IMG/VR virus record: IMGVR_UViG_3300024359_000004
Direction: 5' to 3' (one strand)
Source of the DNA: an uncultured virus (IMG/VR IMGVR_UViG_3300024359_000004)
Lineage: Duplodnaviria; Heunggongvirae; Uroviricota; Caudoviricetes
DNA length: 64,000 nucleotides
The position numbers were made by a program, and so were the translations under genes. Under the pieces are notes generated by a model. It was not told where the DNA came from and did not search any database. It saw nothing but the letters and a program-made list of their open reading frames with translations. Each line of letters starts with the position of its first letter. The first letter of the stretch is position 1. This document shows, one piece after another, positions 52,226 to 59,572 of this stretch.

Positions 52226-52256
52226 CAAAAATAATAGGATAAAACTTGAAAAGCAA
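52226..52256 (-). promoter_or_regulatory. Bacteroidota sigma70-type promoter firing into the A/T tract
   Basis: Minus strand TTG-N20-TATTTTTG. Confidence 0.65.
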
Positions 52257-52291
52257 CTTTTTTATAAACTTTTTTTTTATTTTTTTTTAGA

Positions 52292-54820
52292 TTATCCAAA
52301 TTGAGGGTTAGGAGTTAGTTTATTTTCATTTCTATTTCCAGCAATTCGTTGTGCTATCATTGATATTAATCTTTCTTGTGTATCTGGATTGTTAAGATGT
52401 TCCGCACCATCACCTTCAAACCTAATAGTTCCTTTAATATCATCAAATTTATGTTTAACTTCTGATGAACCACCATTACCAAAATGCTTATCAGCAACTT
52501 TACTCAATTGGTTTTCTGATGTGGATGCCATCATAACATCATTAACTTTCATAAATTTATCTCTAGGATTAAATTCTATTATAGCATCATTAGCTGATAC
52601 TGTTTTTGCTTGTGGAATCATTGCTTGTGGTCCTCTTCCATTATTACCAGTATCAGAGTTTTTACCAAATTCATTATAAAGGCCGTATAAAGCACCTAAA
52701 CCACCACCAACTAAACCACCTAATGGACCAAGAAGCATACCTAATGAAGCACCTGTTAAAGCTGAACTACCAACACCTAAAGCTTTACCAGCACCACTAT
52801 TATAAAATTCTTCATCTTCACTACCTCTAAGATAATCCACTCCCATACCAGCTAAACCAAGACCCATACCACCAACAAGTGAACCCATGCTACCAGCTGC
52901 AAATCTAGAACCACCACCAGCCAATTTAGCTAATGTCTTATTGCCACCAAACCTATTTAATGTAGCAGCACCTCTACTCATTCTAGAACCGCCTAAACCC
53001 ATAAATCCAGTACCTCTAGAAGCAACACCACCAGCAACTCCAGAACCACCTCCGAAGCCACCTCCTAAGCCACCACCCATATTAAATCCCGTTCTGAGTA
53101 ATTTACCAGTAGCTATCCAAGACGCAGCTTTAAATAACCCAATACCTAAAAGTGATTTAATAGGGTTTTCTATAATAAATTTACCGATACTACCAGCTAA
53201 TTTAGCAGCCCCACCAGCAAAATTTCTAAGAGTAGTATAAAACCCTTCTTTATTCCATTTCTCTTGTAAATCCTGTAATGGTTTACCTAAAAATTCTTTT
53301 AAGTCTTTAGCTACAGGAACTAATACTTGCTTAAGTGTCATTGTCAAGTCTGTAATAACTTCTTCAAATGTTCTTGCAGCTTTAGCCCTTTTTTCAAGTG
53401 TTTCTTTTTCATTTCTAATTGAATCTAATTGACTTGCTTCTAAATTTTTAACTAATTCGTCTTTACCATCAATATTAATATAAAACTCACCATTTTTTAA
53501 TTCAGCTACACTTGATATAAACTCCTTATCTTTATCTTCAAAATTTATTGGTGTTATTGAACCTATGGATTCTATCTTCTTTTGCTGAACAGCCATTTCT
53601 TGAAGTTTCTCAACACTAAGACCTGTCATCTTAGATATTTCCCTCATTCTATCTCTTGCAAGACCTCCCATAACCTCGAAAGAGCCCGTCTCCTTGTTGA
53701 ACTCAACAAATTCAGAGGTAGCCTTACCAATATCCTTAGCGAAGCCTTCCATGTCATTTCTAGCCTTAAACATAAGTGTCATAGGGTCACCTAGTTTTGC
53801 GAACTCTCCACCCATTACAGATAGTTGTGCTGCCATTTCTATAGCACCTTCTGGTCTAAACACCTTATCAGCTAGACTGGCGATGCCATCCATATCTAAT
53901 TTAAGTCTAAGAGCATCAGACGACATTTTACCTAATGCCTTAACACCACCCTTAAAGTTATATTTTTGAGCTAATTTAAGATTCTTTTGTAATGCTTGTG
54001 AAGCCGCTGCACCATTAACACCCATTTCACCAGCGATGTTCATAGTGTCTTCAACCATCTTAGCACTAGCTTCAGCACCAACACCAAAATTATCCATAGC
54101 TGAAGCCATACCTATAGCAAACTGTTCGCCAAGTCCAGTACCTTCAGCCATTCCAGCCATAGCTTTAAGACCACCTTCTGTAAGTCTTACACTTCTACCA
54201 ATTTCTTTACTATAACCACCTTGTAATATTGCTAACTTTTTCAAGTTAACACCCATCATTGTGGTACTATCAGCTGCGGAATATAAATTTTTTGAGAAAG
54301 AATCAAACTGGGAACTACCAAGAGCCATGCTTCTTGATGCGTTACGGATTTCTTTATCCATATCAAACACACCATAAGACCTAAGCTTATCCCAACCCCA
54401 CTTTTTAACAAAGTTACCTGTTGAATTAGCTATTGATTTAAGCTTATTAGCTTCTTTAACTGATTCTTTTAAATTTTTAAGAGCCTCTTTATGTTCTTTG
54501 TTTTGTTGATTTAAGTAACCAATTCTAGATTTTATATATGGTTCCTGTTCTTTTAAGACAGCTAAAGTCTTTTTTTCTTGGTCGGTTAGTTTTGAAGCTT
54601 CTTTTTTTCTTAATTTAGTTAAAGTTTCTAATTCTTTCTCACTAGCCTTAATTTGTTTTTGAGTATTAATTATATCCTTCTCTACTTCATTAATCTTTTT
54701 AGTAGCTTCATACCATTTACCAATACCCTTCTCAACTTCTTGAGAACCCTTACGAACATCAGCTAAGTTTCTTTTAAACTTATCAAATTCGTCATTAAAA
54801 TCTTTAAAATTATCAGCCAT
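52292..54820 (-). CDS. Tape measure protein
   Basis: Long helical A/G/K/M-rich protein with an N-terminal coiled coil and C-terminal glycine-zipper segments. Lies downstream of the tube and chaperone genes. Confidence 0.8.
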   Translation of the reverse strand: MADNFKDFNDEFDKFKRNLADVRKGSQEVEKGIGKWYEATKKINEVEKDIINTQKQIKASEKELETLTKLRKKEASKLTDQEKKTLAVLKEQEPYIKSRIGYLNQQNKEHKEALKNLKESVKEANKLKSIANSTGNFVKKWGWDKLRSYGVFDMDKEIRNASRSMALGSSQFDSFSKNLYSAADSTTMMGVNLKKLAILQGGYSKEIGRSVRLTEGGLKAMAGMAEGTGLGEQFAIGMASAMDNFGVGAEASAKMVEDTMNIAGEMGVNGAAASQALQKNLKLAQKYNFKGGVKALGKMSSDALRLKLDMDGIASLADKVFRPEGAIEMAAQLSVMGGEFAKLGDPMTLMFKARNDMEGFAKDIGKATSEFVEFNKETGSFEVMGGLARDRMREISKMTGLSVEKLQEMAVQQKKIESIGSITPINFEDKDKEFISSVAELKNGEFYINIDGKDELVKNLEASQLDSIRNEKETLEKRAKAARTFEEVITDLTMTLKQVLVPVAKDLKEFLGKPLQDLQEKWNKEGFYTTLRNFAGGAAKLAGSIGKFIIENPIKSLLGIGLFKAASWIATGKLLRTGFNMGGGLGGGFGGGSGVAGGVASRGTGFMGLGGSRMSRGAATLNRFGGNKTLAKLAGGGSRFAAGSMGSLVGGMGLGLAGMGVDYLRGSEDEEFYNSGAGKALGVGSSALTGASLGMLLGPLGGLVGGGLGALYGLYNEFGKNSDTGNNGRGPQAMIPQAKTVSANDAIIEFNPRDKFMKVNDVMMASTSENQLSKVADKHFGNGGSSEVKHKFDDIKGTIRFEGDGAEHLNNPDTQERLISMIAQRIAGNRNENKLTPNPQFG

Positions 54821-54843
54821 TAGAACTTATACTTAAATTAATC

Positions 54844-56391
54844 TTACTTTTTTTCTTTATTTTTATTCTTACTAGATTTAACTATTTTAATCTTACCTTC
54901 ACCAATATCTACCAATTTTTTACCCTTATCTAGTTTTCCTTTTAAAATGACTTCATATATTTTGAAATTATCATTATCTTGTAATTCCTTTAATATATCT
55001 ATTCTGTATTTAAAAGCACCACTAGTTCTTTTATCTTGAAAGTTAGTTGCTAGGTTAGGATAAATATCACCAGGACCTCTTTTTTTAACAATTGTGTAAT
55101 ATCTTCTACCTTCTTTCATAGGCATATCTTTAGTATTACTATCTGTAACTCTAAACTGAGTAAACTCAATCATCTTCTGTTCACCAGTTTTAAAATCCTT
55201 TAATAACTTTGAATTTTTTTCAGCTGACTTAAGCCATCCAGATAATTTTTCATCAGCTGGTATAATACCTCTTTCTTTAGCAACGCCTATAAATTCTAAA
55301 AATGCGTTAGGTTTTCTCCAAAGAGCATTCCTAAGGATTTTATCATCTTTCATGAATTCTTTAAACTGAGCTTCTATTTCATCATCAGACAAACCATTAA
55401 ACTCATCTTCTTCAGAATCTATTTGACTCTTAATATCTGATGATATGTAATTATCTATAGCATAAATTACAAAATCTTCTGACTTAGATTTAACATTACC
55501 ACCATCTTCAGCACCACCAACATACTTTTTCATTTTTATATCAGCGTAATCGGGTTTGAATATAACTTTACCAGTTTTATCATCCTTAACTTCTTTAACC
55601 TTTAAATCTATATTTTTAGAGTCTAATTTAAATTCTATTTGATTACCAACTAATTCTTTATACCTATCAGCCTCTTCACTTCCGTAAGCACTATCAATCT
55701 CCCAAGAAACACTACTTGAATCTTTACTAGTAACAATTAGATTTAATTGCCCACCACCCTTAAATTCAAATAGATAAGTATTATCTAATTTAGACTCTCT
55801 AATAGTATTTAATAAATCATTTACAGCATCAGTTCTAGTATCTTCTTCAGTTGGTTCTGAATTATCTATATTATCTTGTCCAGGCTCTTCAATTGCACCA
55901 GTATCAACATTAACATTAAACTTAGCTTTTAAATTAGAATCTAAATTACAATTTAAATCAGTACCAGCACCCTCAAAAACTTTAAAATCTTTAATTTTAT
56001 TATTTTTTTGTTTCCAGTTTTTAACGTCTGATTTAATAGATTTTATAGAACTAGTATCCTTTATATTCTTATGTTGTTCAATATCTGCTGATAACTTACC
56101 ATCACCTTGTAAACTAGAAGCAGTTAAGAACCAGAATTCATTCTTATGAACACCATTATTACAATTAATCATTAATATTTGACCACTAAAAGCATCAATA
56201 ACTTTGAAATGTAATTCACTACCACCCAATGTAGTAACCATTATAGCATCACCAGCTTTGATTTTTCTAATAGCATCGGACATATTCTGTTCCAATATCA
56301 ATCTATTATACTGGGATTCAGTAATAACTAACTTAGTTTTGGGTTTATTGAATACCCTGTTATATTGTGATTCATTAATAACTAACTTCAT
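54844..56391 (-). CDS. Hypothetical protein with a duplicated N-terminal KLVI(N/T)ESQYNR leader
   Basis: 515-aa ORF between the chaperone and tape measure genes, preceded by a terminator and TATTTAT. Confidence 0.8.
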   Translation of the reverse strand: MKLVINESQYNRVFNKPKTKLVITESQYNRLILEQNMSDAIRKIKAGDAIMVTTLGGSELHFKVIDAFSGQILMINCNNGVHKNEFWFLTASSLQGDGKLSADIEQHKNIKDTSSIKSIKSDVKNWKQKNNKIKDFKVFEGAGTDLNCNLDSNLKAKFNVNVDTGAIEEPGQDNIDNSEPTEEDTRTDAVNDLLNTIRESKLDNTYLFEFKGGGQLNLIVTSKDSSSVSWEIDSAYGSEEADRYKELVGNQIEFKLDSKNIDLKVKEVKDDKTGKVIFKPDYADIKMKKYVGGAEDGGNVKSKSEDFVIYAIDNYISSDIKSQIDSEEDEFNGLSDDEIEAQFKEFMKDDKILRNALWRKPNAFLEFIGVAKERGIIPADEKLSGWLKSAEKNSKLLKDFKTGEQKMIEFTQFRVTDSNTKDMPMKEGRRYYTIVKKRGPGDIYPNLATNFQDKRTSGAFKYRIDILKELQDNDNFKIYEVILKGKLDKGKKLVDIGEGKIKIVKSSKNKNKEKK

Positions 56392-56426
56392 AAAGATGTC
56401 TTTTTTATAATAAATATCTAAAACAT

Positions 56427-56462
56427 AAAAAAATACCCAACTATTTAATTAGTTAGGTATTT
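56427..56462 (-). terminator. Intrinsic terminator overlapping the stop of 56449..56655
   Basis: ATACCTAACTA-ATTAAA-TAGTTGGGTAT followed by a T run on the minus strand. Confidence 0.65.
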
Positions 56463-56727
56463 GTCCTGTTTTTAATTTAGACTTTAATTGTTCACCACCT
56501 ATCCTTGTGGTTCTAGAACCCTTAGCGTTTTTATTCCTAGCACTCTGCATTTGCTCCTCCATCATTTCATTTTTCTTATTATTTTCATTAATAAGTGTTA
56601 ATAAGAAAAACTTTCTTTCATGGGTTGGTGCTGATAAAACGTCTTGATAAGTCATACCTAAATGTTTTATACAAATATATATCTCCTCTAATAGTCCTGG
56701 TTTATATTCTGGCGTTAGGCCAAAAAA
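56449..56727 (-). CDS. Second tail-assembly chaperone ORF; probably the C-terminal part of a frameshift fusion
   Basis: The frame is open upstream of the ATG at 56655 and through the U7 run at 56722-56728: FFGLTPEYKPGLLEEIYICIKHLGMTYQDVLSAPTHERKFFL. Confidence 0.65.
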   Translation of the reverse strand, partial: FFGLTPEYKPGLLEEIYICIKHLGMTYQDVLSAPTHERKFFLLTLINENNKKNEMMEEQMQSARNKNAKGSRTTRIGGEQLKSKLKTGQIPN

Positions 56728-57826
56728 ACCTTGGCGTAATGGGAAGAAACATATTTATGGACCCACCTCCAGGAGTCCTTACATCGATATTCATATCAAT
56801 GCCACATTCTATCTTAGATATGTAATTTCTTAGACCTTGAGCATCTCCTACTCTCATAGAGTTTGCGAACTCTTTTATGTATGTTCTGTCTTTATTTCCA
56901 TCAATATCAACTAACTGCCTTTCCAAAATAAGTGTTTGTTCTTCATTAATTGGATTATCTTTATTTTCTTCTACTAATTTCTCAAGATTCTCTAACTCAC
57001 CAACTGTAAGCATCTTAAACCTAACAGTTTTTTTACTTAACGGTAATTCATAAGTGAAAAGACCATCAGATTCTGGCTCAACACTTAAATTAACCGTCTT
57101 AAGGTCAGATAAGTTAACTTCAGTCTCAAAAGGTTCATCATTCTCATCATAAGCTAATATTGGATACATTTCACCATACCCTGTAGCTCTAAGCCAAATC
57201 ATAATTGCATTTCTATCACCAGGCACCAAATTCTCATACCTTAAATCTGGTTCAAGTAATTTTCTATTAATAAGAATCTCTAAAAATTCACCACTTTCAA
57301 CTAAGTTTGGTGAAGTAAGAATATTTTCATCTGCTGTGGTTAAATAAGCAACCTTAACACCTTTCTTTTTAGTTTTATATAATTTACCCTCAGAAGGTAA
57401 TGGAATAACATCAAATGGTTGATTAAATTGAGGCTGACTAATAGATTCAATGTAAGCATCATTATTATCCTTATTAGGTTCTTCATTAGAATCACCAGAA
57501 TTATTATTATTATTATTATTATTTGTTGGTGGTGGGGTTGTTGGAGGAGGTGTTCTATCAGCTCTCTTTTGTTCCATTTTTTTAGCTCTTTTCTCATCCA
57601 TCTGTCTAGCAATTTCTTCTTGTTTTCTTAATTGCTCATCCCTATTCCTTATTAACTCTTCATTATTCTTTCTCATTTCAGCAGCAGCTTCAGCTTCTTT
57701 TTGAGAACCATAATCTGTTTCAAGATTATTTTCACTAGCTAATTGATTAGCAATTCTTTCACCAGTATCATTAGCTTCATTGATTTGTTCTTTTGTTGGA
57801 AAAACATTAGGTTTTACATCACTCAT
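56702..57826 (-). CDS. Tail/baseplate hub assembly chaperone (T4 gp26-like) with a low-complexity N-terminal extension
   Basis: IPLPSEGKLY, YLTTADENIL, GDRNAIMIWLRATGYG, YELPLSKKTVRFKMLT and C-terminal FFWP. Confidence 0.75.
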   Translation of the reverse strand: MSDVKPNVFPTKEQINEANDTGERIANQLASENNLETDYGSQKEAEAAAEMRKNNEELIRNRDEQLRKQEEIARQMDEKRAKKMEQKRADRTPPPTTPPPTNNNNNNNNSGDSNEEPNKDNNDAYIESISQPQFNQPFDVIPLPSEGKLYKTKKKGVKVAYLTTADENILTSPNLVESGEFLEILINRKLLEPDLRYENLVPGDRNAIMIWLRATGYGEMYPILAYDENDEPFETEVNLSDLKTVNLSVEPESDGLFTYELPLSKKTVRFKMLTVGELENLEKLVEENKDNPINEEQTLILERQLVDIDGNKDRTYIKEFANSMRVGDAQGLRNYISKIECGIDMNIDVRTPGGGSINMFLPITPRFFWPNARI

Positions 57827-57895
57827 AATTAAAACGTTTTAATAAATTTTTATATCCTAAATCTACTTAATAAATATCCTAAGTAAAGTTTTTTA

Positions 57896-57926
57896 TTGCT
57901 TTTTTAATCATATAGTATTATATTTG
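57896..57926 (+). promoter_or_regulatory. Bacteroidota sigma70-type promoter
   Basis: TTG-N20-TATATTTG upstream of 57950. Confidence 0.75.
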
Positions 57927-57949
57927 GTTTAATATTAAAATTAATTATT

Positions 57950-58165
57950 ATGGAAATAAACGATATTAAAAAAGAATTATACAAACAAAAACCTACAGCT
58001 AACATTCTTTTTATTAGAAAAGGTGTTGCATATTACACAACAATAATTGAATTTGAAGAACAAACACATTCTGTTAGATTTGAAGTACCTGTAGACGATA
58101 TGGGTGATGCTGATTTTTTCCCAGAAATGGATGGTAAATTATTAATTAGGTATATAAGTAAATAA
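57950..58165 (+). CDS. Small hypothetical protein in a stand-alone promoter-gene-terminator unit
   Basis: 71-aa ORF with its own promoter and terminator, inverted within the tail cluster. Confidence 0.8.
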   Translation: MEINDIKKELYKQKPTANILFIRKGVAYYTTIIEFEEQTHSVRFEVPVDDMGDADFFPEMDGKLLIRYISK

Positions 58166-58194
58166 AAAAAGACCTCTTAATTGAGGTCTTTTTA
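58163..58194. terminator. Bidirectional intrinsic terminator
   Basis: A7-GACCTC-TTAATT-GAGGTC-T5 between convergent genes. Confidence 0.85.
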
Positions 58195-58206
58195 TTTATT
58201 TTTTTT

Positions 58207-58842
58207 TTAATTACTAGGTATAGTACCGTTAGTTGTTGCTATATCACCACGTTTAGATTGACCCATGTATTCTAATTTATAATCAGTAATGGTATAATCT
58301 GCATTATTACCTTCAAGTCTACCTTTTTCTTTAAGATATAATTTTTCTTCTTCAGCTTTTCTTTCTGCTTCTGATAATTTATGGTCTTCTAGTTCATACC
58401 ATGAACCCCTAGTTTTTGCAGCATAGGGTTGCATTGTCATTGTACCCCCATCATCTGTTGCTAATGTTGCATATTGATTTGGTGAAGTAGGTTCTGCTAC
58501 GTCTTCGGTTCCATAAGAAAATTTATAAACATGTGGGGTTTTCTTTTGACATGAAGCGGCACCACCAACAATAGCACAAACAACTAAAGTTTTAGCTACA
58601 GCATCTTTATAAGATTTAAATTTTTCCCCAACACCTTTAATCAAATCTTCACCTAACATATCTTCTTTAATCATTAGATTAATTTCATTTGGGTTAACAC
58701 CTAATTTATCCAATTCAAGTTTAATAACATCTGGTATATCACTATTAACATCTTCATTTATTAAACCCTTTGAAGTCAAATATCTTTGTTCAGCTAATAA
58801 ATTAGCCTTTCTCATGTTTTTTGTTTTATCAAATCTTCTCAT
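58207..58842 (-). CDS. Hypothetical protein with an N-terminal leader and an internal lipoprotein-signal-like segment
   Basis: MRRFDKTKNMRKANLLAEQRYL...LINE, then KFKSYKDAVAKTLVVCAIVGGAASCQKK near residues 75-100. Confidence 0.75.
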   Translation of the reverse strand: MRRFDKTKNMRKANLLAEQRYLTSKGLINEDVNSDIPDVIKLELDKLGVNPNEINLMIKEDMLGEDLIKGVGEKFKSYKDAVAKTLVVCAIVGGAASCQKKTPHVYKFSYGTEDVAEPTSPNQYATLATDDGGTMTMQPYAAKTRGSWYELEDHKLSEAERKAEEEKLYLKEKGRLEGNNADYTITDYKLEYMGQSKRGDIATTNGTIPSN

Positions 58843-58874
58843 AACAGTTTTTATTTATAAATATTAACAATATA

Positions 58875-58906
58875 TAAAAAAAGACCCCTTAATTGAGGTC
58901 TTTTTA
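58875..58906 (-). terminator. Intrinsic terminator after the tail tube gene
   Basis: 31/32 identical to the hairpin at 58163-58194. The mismatch forms a G-U pair on the minus strand. Confidence 0.8.
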
Positions 58907-58938
58907 AAATATTTAAATGTTTTAATTTTAAAAATTAA

Positions 58939-59427
58939 TTAGAATAATAAAATCGCTCTATCAAACCTTAAATCAGCTGTGATATCAGCGATAGCATCAT
59001 CATCCATTGATAAGTCACCAAAGTTAACGTTAGTCAACATAGTTCCTTGTAGTAACCACTTTTCAATAACAACACCTGTTGGGTCAAGCATTTCTAAATC
59101 AACTTCTTTTTTATAACCAGCAGCATAACCTTGCCTACCAGTGATTGATTCTGATTGCAAACGCACCCATTCCATAATAGCTTGCGCAGCTGAAGGACCA
59201 ATAGGGTCTCTAAATGTAACTGAAATTGATTCCCAAGTAAATCTACCGATTACCCAGGTAGATGTGTTAAGAAATGGAATTTCTACTTCATTTTGTGTGA
59301 TTGATGGTCTAGAAGCAGACGCTAACCACCATTCTTGAATACCTAATTCAGCTGGAAATCTTAAAAGCCATCTATTCTTTTTCTTTGGTTCGTACTGAAA
59401 GGGCATTTTCATCAATAAATCTGCCAT
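58939..59427 (-). CDS. Tail tube protein (gp19-like)
   Basis: EPKKKNRW, SASRPS, WESISVTFRDPI, IMEW and LDPTGVVIEKW. Immediately downstream of the sheath gene. Confidence 0.9.
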   Translation of the reverse strand: MADLLMKMPFQYEPKKKNRWLLRFPAELGIQEWWLASASRPSITQNEVEIPFLNTSTWVIGRFTWESISVTFRDPIGPSAAQAIMEWVRLQSESITGRQGYAAGYKKEVDLEMLDPTGVVIEKWLLQGTMLTNVNFGDLSMDDDAIADITADLRFDRAILLF

Positions 59428-59572
59428 GTTTTATAATTTTTTTTCTTTTATTTATTATTCTTTATTAATAAATATGTGATTTGATTTTTTTTATCTATTT
59501 TATCACATTTTATATTTATTTTTTTTAATATTAAGGCTCAATTAAGAGCCCTAAGATTAAATATTATATCGA

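Noticed and set aside
56672..56679. TATATTTG box just upstream of ATG 56655 as an independent promoter
   Set aside because: There is no TTG at the 20-nt spacing, and the box falls in codons of the predicted frameshift extension. It remains a weaker alternative to the frameshift model.
8251..58863. TATAAATA matches as T4-type late promoters
   Set aside because: They lie on the non-coding strand for these minus-strand genes and the first base is not conserved. Reported instead as coding-strand TATTTAT.
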